Shown: piece by piece, positions 1-8,059 of the stretch
How positions within the stretch are numbered: position 1 is the stretch's first letter
Layout of the letters: every line of letters begins with the position of its first letter
IMG/VR virus record: IMGVR_UViG_2563366972_000002
Location: 1-32,195 of that record
From: a virus
Lineage: Duplodnaviria > Heunggongvirae > Uroviricota > Caudoviricetes
Reading direction: 5' to 3' (one strand)
DNA: 32,195 nt
Notes under the pieces: generated by a model
Seen by the model: only the letters and a program-made list of their open reading frames with translations
Database searches by the model: none
What the model was told of the DNA's origin: nothing
Program-made: the position numbers and the translations under genes

Positions 1-981
1 TTATAACGTCACTCCTCCTTTTAGAGGATTCAGCGCGACGGCATTTTGCAGGTAGTCAGGCGCAAGGTGCGCATAGGCCATCGTCTGCTGAATGCTCGCA
101 TGTCCCAGAATCTGTTGCAGTGCGATTATATTGCCCCCATTCATCATGAAATGGCTTGCGAATGTATGCCGCAGGATGTGGGTTGCCTGATTGGGTGGTA
201 TATCTGGCTTCACTCTGCGTAAAATCCCGCAAAACTTCTCATAATCAACTTTGAATAATTTAGCGCTGGCCTCCTCTTTAACTTTTTTCTCCAGTTCCTC
301 AGAAATCGGCACGGTTCGCTTTTTACCGTTTTTGGTTTTCAGGAAGGTAACCCTGCAATTTGTAATCTGTGCTGGTTTTAGCGTGGCAACTTCCGTCCAT
401 CTTCCTCCAGTGCTCAGACATAAAAGTGCGACAAGTAAGTCATCACCAGCCAAAACATTTAACAGTTTTTCGATTTCTGCTTTTTCCAGGAACGTCATTT
501 CAGGGTTGGCCTCCGCCAGTGGCGGCAGTCCGTGAATTGGGTGTTGCCCGGAAAATTCATCCAATTGAATTAATTTTGTGAACATGCCGGATAATCGGTA
601 CATGTCACGGTTTATCGTTGCGGCACTGATACCATCACGTAGTCGCATGGAACGATAATCCATTAAAGCTCTTTTGCTCATCCGGCTCACTGGTATATCA
701 CCTATGCCGCTGATGGTTTTGAGCAGATGATTAAACTCTTTTGTTCCATGCTCGTGGTTTTGCCCGTGATATTTCCACCAGATGTCCAGCAACTCACTCA
801 AAGTTCGGCGATCTGCTCGCTGACCTGCCCATTCTTTCTGGCTGGCGTAGGCGATTGTGTATCGCTCAAATGCTACAGCCTCAGCTTTTCTTTCAAATTT
901 CCTGCGGATGCGTTTTCCGTCGCGACCGCGAGGTCTAATGTCCACTTCATAGCGTCCATCATCGAGCTTCTTAATTGACAT
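1..981 (-). CDS. int: Tyrosine recombinase / P2-type integrase
   Basis: 336-aa minus-strand ORF. Chosen start is the second ATG (MSIKKLDDGRYEVDIRPRG..., P2 Int-like N-terminus) preceded by GAGGG; the ORF track start at 1011 adds 10 aa. C-terminal HxLRHTFAS...Y region is typical of tyrosine recombinases. Stop codon sits at window bases 1..3. Confidence 0.9.
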   Translation of the reverse strand: MSIKKLDDGRYEVDIRPRGRDGKRIRRKFERKAEAVAFERYTIAYASQKEWAGQRADRRTLSELLDIWWKYHGQNHEHGTKEFNHLLKTISGIGDIPVSRMSKRALMDYRSMRLRDGISAATINRDMYRLSGMFTKLIQLDEFSGQHPIHGLPPLAEANPEMTFLEKAEIEKLLNVLAGDDLLVALLCLSTGGRWTEVATLKPAQITNCRVTFLKTKNGKKRTVPISEELEKKVKEEASAKLFKVDYEKFCGILRRVKPDIPPNQATHILRHTFASHFMMNGGNIIALQQILGHASIQQTMAYAHLAPDYLQNAVALNPLKGGVTL

Positions 982-1050
982 AAGAAAGCCCTCTGACGCT
1001 GTATTCACCATCTTGGTAACAAATGGTGAAAATGTAATGTTTATAGAGTG

Positions 1051-1344
1051 TTAACCAGTCTGTTTTTCGGAGTGGTCTGATTCTGTTGGTTTTTGCCCAA
1101 TGTGTGCGAGAGCCGGCGCGATCTGACCAGCTTGTGGTGACGTATCACCAGTCATTAACCAGAGCGTATATTTTTTAAATAAAGGCGTATTTGTGACTCG
1201 CATAACGATGCTGAGACCAGGGTCTTTATGCCCACTTTCGTAATTTTTGACTGTTCCTAGAGCTATCCCGCTAATTTCGCTGAATTTCGCCTGTGTTAAG
1301 CCTTCTGCTTTCCTAATCGCTTTCAGTTTTTCGAATGTCTGCAT
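1051..1344 (-). CDS. C: Immunity repressor C (P2 C-type)
   Basis: 97-aa ORF divergent from cox. N-terminal HTH-like segment (LTQAKFSEISGIALGTVKNYESG) and C-terminal QIAPALAH motif as recalled for P2 C; position immediately upstream of int. Confidence 0.8.
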   Translation of the reverse strand: MQTFEKLKAIRKAEGLTQAKFSEISGIALGTVKNYESGHKDPGLSIVMRVTNTPLFKKYTLWLMTGDTSPQAGQIAPALAHIGQKPTESDHSEKQTG

Positions 1345-1496
1345 TTGACAGTAACCTATTGGTGACTTATATTCCCGTCAAAAGGTTGTGTGTTGGTGAC
1401 CTTTTGAGTGTGTTAGCCAGTCCCTAGAAAGGACAGGGGCGACCTAGAAGGGACTGGATCTAATAAGGGTAACACGAAAGCAAAAAGGGCTAATCA
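1345..1496. promoter_or_regulatory. Lysis-lysogeny switch region (divergent early/repressor promoters with candidate operator repeats)
   Basis: Intergenic between divergent C and cox. Direct repeats CTAGAAAGGAC (1424..1434) and CTAGAAGGGAC (1444..1454) spaced 20 bp apart; 8-bp inverted repeat CCAGTCCC (1417..1424) / GGGACTGG (1450..1457). Confidence 0.5.
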
Positions 1497-1769
1497 ATGG
1501 AAGTCAATGACTATGTGATTCAGTACCCGATTGATGCGGTACATACGGTTAAGTTTGCAGAGTTACTTGGTAAGCCAGAAACGGCTGTAGTCAAGATGGT
1601 AAAAGAGAATAAATTGCCAGTTATTGAGCTTCGTGATCCAAGTAAGCCGAACGCTCGTGTCGGTGAGAAGTGGGTTTTCATTCCAGAGTTTAATCGCGCT
1701 GTACGAGAGGCGTTTTATAACCGACCAGTTGAACAGCGTGATGCATGGCTTTTGTGGATGGGGTTGTGA
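1497..1769 (+). CDS. cox: Cox-like excisionase / early repressor
   Basis: 90-aa ORF, first gene of the rightward early operon; similar to P2 Cox in size, position and C-terminal W-L-x-W-x-GL motif (from memory). Confidence 0.75.
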   Translation: MEVNDYVIQYPIDAVHTVKFAELLGKPETAVVKMVKENKLPVIELRDPSKPNARVGEKWVFIPEFNRAVREAFYNRPVEQRDAWLLWMGL

Positions 1770-1771
1770 TT

Positions 1772-1942
1772 ATGAGTGAACCGCGTTGTATTGCTCAGTT
1801 ACTGCGTAACGAAAGCCCCAGGGCGATTGACTTCACCATCCCCCACGGTAAGGGGCGTAAGGGAATCATTATCCGCACCAAAAAACAGAGTCCGTTAAAA
1901 AAGGCTCTGACCTTTCTGAAAAGCCGGAGGGTATGGAAATGA
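1772..1942 (+). CDS. Small hypothetical protein (P2 orf78 position)
   Basis: ATG at 1772 preceded by GGGG; 56 aa. The ORF track offers an alternative start at 1745 inside cox. Weak call. Confidence 0.35.
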   Translation: MSEPRCIAQLLRNESPRAIDFTIPHGKGRKGIIIRTKKQSPLKKALTFLKSRRVWK

Positions 1943-2439
1943 CAGTGATGACGCTCAATCTCGTTGAAAAACAGCCAGCAGCTATGCGCCGGATAATTGG
2001 TAAGCATCTTGCCGTTCCTCGCTGGCAGGATACATGTGATTATTATAATCAGATGATGGAGCGCGAACGGTTAACGGTTTGCTTCCATGCTCAGTTAAAA
2101 CAGCGTCACGCAACGATGTGTTTTGAAGAAATGAACGACGTCGAACGTGAACGACTGGTATGTGCAATTGATGAATTGCGTGGTGCATTCTCAAAACGCC
2201 GTCAGGTTGGCGCAAGTGAGTATGCATATATTAGTTTTTTAACAGTCAGTCAGCGTCGTACTTTATTTATGCATGCCGGATTGACTGAAAAAGAATTCAA
2301 CCAGCCATACTGGCGAATTAATGAAGAGTCATGTTACTGGCGTGATGCTTTATTCCGTGCATTACGTGAATTATTCAGTCTGTTTGAGTATGCACCGACA
2401 ATTCTGACGTCGGTAAAACCAGAGCAATATCTGCATTAA
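1933..2439 (+). CDS. B: Replication protein B-like (helicase loader in P2)
   Basis: 168-aa ORF at the P2 B position and size; GGAGG RBS upstream. Confidence 0.7.
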   Translation: MEMTVMTLNLVEKQPAAMRRIIGKHLAVPRWQDTCDYYNQMMERERLTVCFHAQLKQRHATMCFEEMNDVERERLVCAIDELRGAFSKRRQVGASEYAYISFLTVSQRRTLFMHAGLTEKEFNQPYWRINEESCYWRDALFRALRELFSLFEYAPTILTSVKPEQYLH

Positions 2440-2502
2440 GTAATTAACCAGAGTTTTTAACGCACTTAATTGTGCGGGGCTTCTTTTTACCTGGAGAAAG
2501 TC

Positions 2503-2727
2503 ATGCATACAGTTTCTGAAAATCAGTGCGGTAAATACGCATTACTGCTGCAACAGGCCAGAACCGAAGCACAGGCCGACGCAGCGACGCGCTTTTCTTC
2601 TCATCTTGACGCCATGATTCGCCATATCACAAAGGCGGAGTTATCCCGCGTGGAGATAGTCGAGCTGCTCAGTCAGGAGTCGGAAAAATTTCACAATATC
2701 GGATTGTCTCGCGGGGAGGTGCTTTGA
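2503..2727 (+). CDS. Hypothetical early protein (P2 orf80 position)
   Basis: ORF with ATG at 2503 preceded by GGAGA; stop overlaps the next start (TGATG). Confidence 0.5.
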   Translation: MHTVSENQCGKYALLLQQARTEAQADAATRFSSHLDAMIRHITKAELSRVEIVELLSQESEKFHNIGLSRGEVL

Positions 2728-3029
2728 TGTCCTGTTCTCGTTCAGTTGTATTACTGAATAACGCCTTAAAAATCGCCGTTATGAAAAATGGCGATTTATC
2801 TCTTATTCAACTTGGTCTTGATAAAGAAAAACGCGAAATAACTGAGTCTGTTATCGCGATTTATCAGAACGAATTAAATCTCCTGTCTGATGTGGTCAAT
2901 TTACTTGTTAAACGCGCTGTATTTCACAAGCAAATCTCCTCCGTGGACGAACTGACGAAATTAACGACAGAAATTGCCAGCTATTGCGCTGATGAATTTA
3001 AAAAACTTAACGACAAAAGGAGCTGGTAA
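2727..3029 (+). CDS. Hypothetical early protein (P2 orf81 position)
   Basis: ATG at 2727 preceded by GGGGAGG. The ORF track start at 2724 is a TTG. Stop overlaps the next start (TAATG). Confidence 0.55.
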   Translation: MSCSRSVVLLNNALKIAVMKNGDLSLIQLGLDKEKREITESVIAIYQNELNLLSDVVNLLVKRAVFHKQISSVDELTKLTTEIASYCADEFKKLNDKRSW

Positions 3030-3253
3030 TGCCGGACAACGTGGATTTTATTCAGGAACAACAGGCTGAATTACTGGAGCGCCAGATTAACGCGGCAAGG
3101 GTAAAGCATTGCGGTGTTTCTGCGCTGGTTTGCGAAGAGTATGACGCGCCAATACCTGCTGCCCGTCGTGCGGCTTATCCGTCAGCCACGCGTTGTGTTT
3201 CCTGCCAGTCAGTCTTTGAAGCAAAAAACAAACATTACCGGAGAACGGCATGA
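3029..3253 (+). CDS. TraR/DksA-family C4 zinc-finger protein (P2 orf82 position)
   Basis: 74 aa with a CxxC...CxxC arrangement (C28, C35 then C56, C59) characteristic of TraR/DksA-type zinc fingers; AAAGGAG RBS. Confidence 0.65.
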   Translation: MPDNVDFIQEQQAELLERQINAARVKHCGVSALVCEEYDAPIPAARRAAYPSATRCVSCQSVFEAKNKHYRRTA

Positions 3254-3525
3254 GTATTCGTATTGAAATTGGCGAACGTTATGTCGTTACCAGTGACAGC
3301 TTTCAGTTTATTCTCCACGAGAAAAAGAGAGCGGAAAGCGGTAAAAACGCCGGTCAGGAATGGCTGGCGGTGGTTGGTTATTACCCGAAATTAAGCCAGC
3401 TCGTTTCCGGCCTGATGCATCACGATATTCTGACCGGAAGCGCAAAGTCTTTTGCTGATTTAAACGCGCAGGTTGAGCAACTCAGCAAGCGTTGTTCAGA
3501 GGCTTTTGGCTCATATGGCCGTTAA
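3250..3525 (+). CDS. Hypothetical early protein (P2 orf83 position)
   Basis: 91-aa ORF, translationally coupled (ATGA) to the upstream gene. Confidence 0.55.
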   Translation: MSIRIEIGERYVVTSDSFQFILHEKKRAESGKNAGQEWLAVVGYYPKLSQLVSGLMHHDILTGSAKSFADLNAQVEQLSKRCSEAFGSYGR

Positions 3526-5794
3526 AGCCTCCGGGCGTTTTGTCCCTCCGTCAGCATTTGCCGCAGGCACCGGTAAGACGTTTACCGGTGCTTATGCATG
3601 GAACACGCCACGCGAGGCTGTCGGGCGCGAAAGACCCCTTACACGTGACGAGATGCGTCAGGTGCAAGGTGTTTTATCCACGATTAATCGCCTGCCTTAC
3701 TTTTTGCGCTCGCTGTTTACTTCACGCTATGACTACATCCGGCGCAATAAAAGCCCGGTGCACGGGTTTTATTTCCTCACATCTACTTTTCAGCGTCGTT
3801 TATGGCCGCGCATTGAGCGTGTGAATCAGCGCCATGAAATGAACACCGACGCGTCGTTGCTGTTTCTGGCAGAGCGTGACCACTATGCGCGCCTGCCGGG
3901 AATGAATGACAAGGAGCTGAAAAAGTTTGCCGCCCGTATCTCATCGCAGCTTTTCATGATGTATGAGGAACTCAGCGATGCCTGGGTGGATGCGCATGGC
4001 GAAAAAGAATCGCTGTTTACGGATGAGGCGCAGGCGCATCTGTATGGTCATGTTGCTGGCGCTGCACGTGCTTTCAATATTTCCCCGCTTTACTGGAAAA
4101 AATACCGTAAAGGACAGATGACCACGAGGCAGGCATATTCTGCCATTGCCCGTCTGTTTAACGATGAGTGGTGGACTCATCAGCTTAAAGGTCAGCGTAT
4201 GCGCTGGCATGAGGCGTTACTGATTGCTGTCGGGGAGGTCAATAAAGACCGTTCTCCTTATGCCAGTAAACATGCCATTCGTGATGTGCGTGCGCGCCGC
4301 CAGGCAAATCTGGAATTTCTTAAATCGTGTGACCTCGAAAACAGGGAAACCGGCGAGCGCATCGACCTTATCAGTAAGGTGATGGGCAGTATTTCTAATC
4401 CTGAAATTCGCCGGATGGAGCTGATGAACACCATTGCCGGTATTGAGCGTTACGCCGCCGCAGAGGGTGATGTGGGGATGTTTATCACGCTGACCGCGCC
4501 GTCAAAGTATCACCCGACACGTCAGGTCGGAAAAGGCGAAAGTAAAACCGTTCAGCTTAATCACGGCTGGAACGATGAGGCATTTAATCCAAAGGATGCG
4601 CAGCGTTATCTCTGCCGTATCTGGAGCCTGATGCGCACGGCATTCAAGGATAATGATTTACAGGTCTACGGTTTGCGAGTCGTCGAGCCACACCACGACG
4701 GAACGCCGCACTGGCATATGATGCTTTTTTGTCATCCACGCCAGCGTAACCAGATTATCGAAATCATGCGTCGCTATGCGCTCAAAGAGGATGGCGACGA
4801 AAGAGGAGCCGCGCGAAACCGTTTTCAGGCAAAACACCTTAACCGGGGCGGTGCTGCGGGATATATCGCGAAATACATCTCAAAAAACATCGACGGCTAT
4901 GCACTGGATGGTCAGCTCGATAATGATACCGGTAGGCCGCTGAAAGACACAGCTGCGGCTGTTACCGCATGGGCGTCAACGTGGCGCATTCCGCAATTTA
5001 AAACGGTTGGTCTGCCGACAATGGGGGCTTACCGTGAACTACGCAAATTGCCTCGTGGCGTCAGCATTGCTGATGAGTTTGACGAGCGCGTCGAGGCTGC
5101 ACGCGCCGCTGCAGACAGTGGTGATTTTGCGTTGTATATCAGCGCGCAGGGCGGGGCAAATGTCCCGCGCGATTGTCAGACTGTCAGGGTCGCCCGTAGC
5201 CCGTCGGATGACGTTAACGAGTACGAGGAAGAAGTCGAGAGAGTGGTCGGCATTTACGCGCCGCATCTCGGCGCGCGTCATATTCATATCACCAGAACGA
5301 CGAACTGGCGCATTGTTCCGAAAGTGCCGGTCGTTGAGCCTTTGACTTTAAAAAGCGGCATCGCCGCGCCTCGGAGTCCTGTCAATAACTGTGGAAAGCT
5401 CACTGGTGGTGATACTTCGTTACCGGCTCCCACACCTTCTGAGCACGCCGCAGCAGTGCTTAATCTGGTTAATGACGGTGTCATCGAATGGAGTGACCCG
5501 GAGGTCGTGAGGGCACTCAGAGGTGCATTAAAACACGGACTGAGAAGACCAAACCGTCAGCAAAGAAACGGAAGTATGTTAAAACCGCATGAAATTGCAC
5601 CATCTGCCAGACTGACCAGGTCTGAACGATTGCAAATCACTCGTATCCGCGTTGACCTTGCTCAGAACGGTATCAGGCCGCAGCGATGGGAGCTTGAGGC
5701 GCTGGCGCGTGGTGCGACCGTAAATTATAACGGGAAAAAATTCACGTATCCGGTCGCTGATGAGTGGCCGGGCTTTACTGGCAGTACCACATAG
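3515..5794 (+). CDS. A: Replication initiation protein A (rolling-circle HUH endonuclease)
   Basis: Large ORF. Start chosen at ATG 3515 (MAVKASGRF...) to match the P2 A N-terminus; the ORF track start at 3473 adds 14 aa. Contains HUH-like motif PHWHMMLF and the tyrosine motif GYIAKYISK. Confidence 0.9.
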   Translation: MAVKASGRFVPPSAFAAGTGKTFTGAYAWNTPREAVGRERPLTRDEMRQVQGVLSTINRLPYFLRSLFTSRYDYIRRNKSPVHGFYFLTSTFQRRLWPRIERVNQRHEMNTDASLLFLAERDHYARLPGMNDKELKKFAARISSQLFMMYEELSDAWVDAHGEKESLFTDEAQAHLYGHVAGAARAFNISPLYWKKYRKGQMTTRQAYSAIARLFNDEWWTHQLKGQRMRWHEALLIAVGEVNKDRSPYASKHAIRDVRARRQANLEFLKSCDLENRETGERIDLISKVMGSISNPEIRRMELMNTIAGIERYAAAEGDVGMFITLTAPSKYHPTRQVGKGESKTVQLNHGWNDEAFNPKDAQRYLCRIWSLMRTAFKDNDLQVYGLRVVEPHHDGTPHWHMMLFCHPRQRNQIIEIMRRYALKEDGDERGAARNRFQAKHLNRGGAAGYIAKYISKNIDGYALDGQLDNDTGRPLKDTAAAVTAWASTWRIPQFKTVGLPTMGAYRELRKLPRGVSIADEFDERVEAARAAADSGDFALYISAQGGANVPRDCQTVRVARSPSDDVNEYEEEVERVVGIYAPHLGARHIHITRTTNWRIVPKVPVVEPLTLKSGIAAPRSPVNNCGKLTGGDTSLPAPTPSEHAAAVLNLVNDGVIEWSDPEVVRALRGALKHGLRRPNRQQRNGSMLKPHEIAPSARLTRSERLQITRIRVDLAQNGIRPQRWELEALARGATVNYNGKKFTYPVADEWPGFTGSTT

Positions 5795-6097
5795 CTGAAT
5801 ACTTTAATTGACGCTGAAACTATCAGAGGGGATGTGTTTGATTAAATAAACAATGTGTTGAGATCTACTTACTGGGTTGTTGATAAGAAAATTTAGCTCT
5901 TGGTCAGCAAGAGGTTATACTGATTGCGATTAGGCTAGGGATAACATGGGCAATTTCTGTTGTTGGAAGCTGGGTTTTACGAGCGAAAAAAGTATGTGAT
6001 TTGTGGTTTTGCCCTTATAGTATGCGCAATTTAGGAGTTAAAACTATAACCATAAGCTTTAATTATTTCTACTTTTTAGGTATGTCCGGAGGCTCTC

Positions 6098-7093
6098 ATG
6101 ACTACTAAGCCAATGAGTCGACTATATGAAAAAATCAGCAAGGCGGGGTTTAGCCGTTCATTTATACGCAAAGTCTTACCTTCATGGTGGGACGACAGCC
6201 TAGCTGATACACCTTCAGGTAAGCAGTACGCTAGCCTTCATTTGGCTCGTGTTTTTAGTTTGTCTCCAGAAAGTCTCAAGGATGGTTCTGAATCTGCGTC
6301 TTTCAACCTTGGTGGAAATCATCGCTTTAAACATCGTGTAAATCTTGGTGAGGAAGACCTGAATGTTGCTACTGCCGTTGCATATTCTGCGGCGAGGATT
6401 GTAGCAGAGAATTTCAGTATCCCGTTTAATCCAAACGCAGAACTTAATTGGCAGGCAGTGAGGGATAAACTGCTCAGCGATAAAAAGTGGGTGGATTTGG
6501 CTTCTCTGATTGGTTTTTGCCATTCGTTAGGCATTCCTGTTGTCTACATTAAGAACTTTCCAACGGGTGCGGCAAAAATGGCTGGCCTTGCATTAAGTGT
6601 ATCTGGTAGGCCAGTAATTGTTTTAACCCAAGCTAAAACTCATGGATTTATGCTATTTGATTTGGCTCATGAGCTTGGTCATATTGCACTAGGCCATCTC
6701 AATGATCTCAATGGGGGGGTTCATGTTGATCGCAAAATTGAAGCGCAGTCTACTAACAATCTTGAGGTGGCAGCTAACAAATATGCCTTTGGTTTGATTG
6801 GTGGAAAAGAGACTTTGAGAATAGCACCTACAAGGGGCTATCTCACAGGTGAAAAATTGGCTAGAGCTGCGCTAGCATATGGTACACAGCATTGCATAGA
6901 GCCAACTCATGTAGCTTTGAACTATGGTCACAATTTAGGGCACTGGGGAGTGGCTGTTAACGCTGTTAAAAGTATTTGCGTGGGACAACCGACGGACCAA
7001 TCTTTAGCTAGGCAGCTCATGATGGATGCCATCGATCACGAAAATATTAATGACGACGACTTAGAACTTTTAACGACGCTATGTGGGGTTTAA
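6098..7093 (+). CDS. ImmA/IrrE-like (M78-type) HEXXH zinc metallopeptidase with about 130-aa N-terminal extension; cargo gene 1
   Basis: 331 aa. HELGH at residues 191-195 (6668..6682), followed by H200, preceded by the GIPV...G...RPVIVL...FMLFDLAHELGHIALGH context typical of ImmA/IrrE peptidases. GGAGG RBS 5 nt upstream. Lower GC (about 43-45 percent by eye) than the phage backbone. Lies where P2 carries tin/old. Confidence 0.6.
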   Translation: MTTKPMSRLYEKISKAGFSRSFIRKVLPSWWDDSLADTPSGKQYASLHLARVFSLSPESLKDGSESASFNLGGNHRFKHRVNLGEEDLNVATAVAYSAARIVAENFSIPFNPNAELNWQAVRDKLLSDKKWVDLASLIGFCHSLGIPVVYIKNFPTGAAKMAGLALSVSGRPVIVLTQAKTHGFMLFDLAHELGHIALGHLNDLNGGVHVDRKIEAQSTNNLEVAANKYAFGLIGGKETLRIAPTRGYLTGEKLARAALAYGTQHCIEPTHVALNYGHNLGHWGVAVNAVKSICVGQPTDQSLARQLMMDAIDHENINDDDLELLTTLCGV

Positions 7094-7096
7094 GTA

Positions 7097-7738
7097 GTGA
7101 TCGTTCTTTCAGACAATGATGTCATTTTGAAACTAGCGCAGTGTAATTTACTCCGTTACCTTCCTGAGATTTTGGAAGAGGATCCGCGAGGCATCTATGT
7201 TAGTCCGACGGCTCGTTTTCAATTATTACCGCGCAATACTGATAAAGCCATTAAGAAGTGCGGTAGTGTGGCTATTTACGAAAATGTGGAAAGATTTCTA
7301 GGAAGTGTGCAAGTTATTGATGAAATCAGAAACGATGATTTGCTGATTAAACTTGGTGAGATACCACACATAGATGTCGGCGAACAACAGCTTTTAGCTG
7401 CATGCGTTGAGCAACCAGGAGCTTTGTTCATGACAGGTGACCGTCGATGTTTGCAGGCTGTGATGGACAATCAGACTATTGTCGCTACGGTTCATGCGCG
7501 TCTAATTGACTCAGTAATAACCTATGAGAGTGCTCTTTTGCTTTCTGTTCGCGTTTTAGGATTTGAGACTCTATATCAACAACTACAAACGAACCCGAAT
7601 CCAGATGCAATGCTGAGGATGGCTATGCGTTCTCGCAGCTCAGAAGATGTTTGTGGCTGCTTCTTTTCTTATACGCGCCCTGTATACGATTATCTGGCCT
7701 TTAAACAACATTTACCGGATCGTGCTTGGTTGCTTTAA
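7097..7738 (+). CDS. Putative PIN-like nuclease; cargo gene 2, partner of the metallopeptidase
   Basis: 213-aa ORF with a GTG start 3 nt after the gene 1 stop and in the same frame; GGGG 8 nt upstream. Acidic residues spaced like a PIN fold: N-terminal VLSDNDVILKL (D6/D8), E26-E28, HIDVGEQQLLAAC (D93), ALFMTGDRR (D115). The fold assignment is inference from motif pattern only. Confidence 0.4.
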   Translation: MIVLSDNDVILKLAQCNLLRYLPEILEEDPRGIYVSPTARFQLLPRNTDKAIKKCGSVAIYENVERFLGSVQVIDEIRNDDLLIKLGEIPHIDVGEQQLLAACVEQPGALFMTGDRRCLQAVMDNQTIVATVHARLIDSVITYESALLLSVRVLGFETLYQQLQTNPNPDAMLRMAMRSRSSEDVCGCFFSYTRPVYDYLAFKQHLPDRAWLL

Positions 7739-7801
7739 TCTATCCGTAATGAGTGTTTAGCGCATCAATTTGCATGAGTATATGATGCACGAATATTATA
7801 T

Positions 7802-7827
7802 AGCCCGTCAGTAATGGCGGGCTTTTT
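7802..7827 (+). terminator. Rho-independent terminator downstream of the cargo cassette
   Basis: Hairpin AGCCCG(7802..7807)-loop-CGGGCT(7818..7823) followed by a T-run ending at 7827. Confidence 0.6.
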
Positions 7828-7871
7828 ACTATCTGGTGCATCTGCATCAAAACCGCCCCATGAAGCGGGCG

Positions 7872-7890
7872 GGCGAGGCGGGGAAAGCAC
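7872..7890. other. cos cohesive-end site (19-nt P2-type sequence GGCGAGGCGGGGAAAGCAC)
   Basis: Exact 19-mer present at 7872..7890 inside a GC-rich non-coding stretch immediately upstream of Q, matching the recalled P2 cohesive end and the expected position between old and Q. Confidence 0.7.
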
Positions 7891-8030
7891 TGCGCGCTGG
7901 CGGTGGTGCTGATTTTATTTTTTCAGCGTCTCAGCGCGTCGTGACGGCGCTTAGTCTGCCCGTTGAGGCGTTGGTGTGTCTGCGGGGTGTTTTGTGCGGT
8001 GGTGAGCGTGTGAGGGCGTGATGACGGGGT

Positions 8031-8054
8031 GTAAAAAAGCCGCCCGCAGGCGGC
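8031..8054 (-). terminator. Rho-independent terminator following Q (minus strand)
   Basis: Hairpin GCCGCC(8039..8044)-CGCA-GGCGGC(8049..8054) with an A-run at 8033..8038 on the plus strand, which is a U-run after the stem on the minus-strand transcript. Confidence 0.55.
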
Positions 8055-8059
8055 GATGT

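Noticed and set aside
5795-6097. Sigma70 promoter for the cargo cassette
   Set aside because: The region is AT-rich with several partial -35/-10 matches, but none with convincing spacing; a promoter is likely present but not localised.
7836-8021. 61-aa plus-strand ORF in the GC-rich stretch between the cargo cassette and Q
   Set aside because: It spans the cos site and terminase recognition region, has no RBS, and its composition (Gly/Ala/Arg-rich) reflects GC-rich non-coding DNA.
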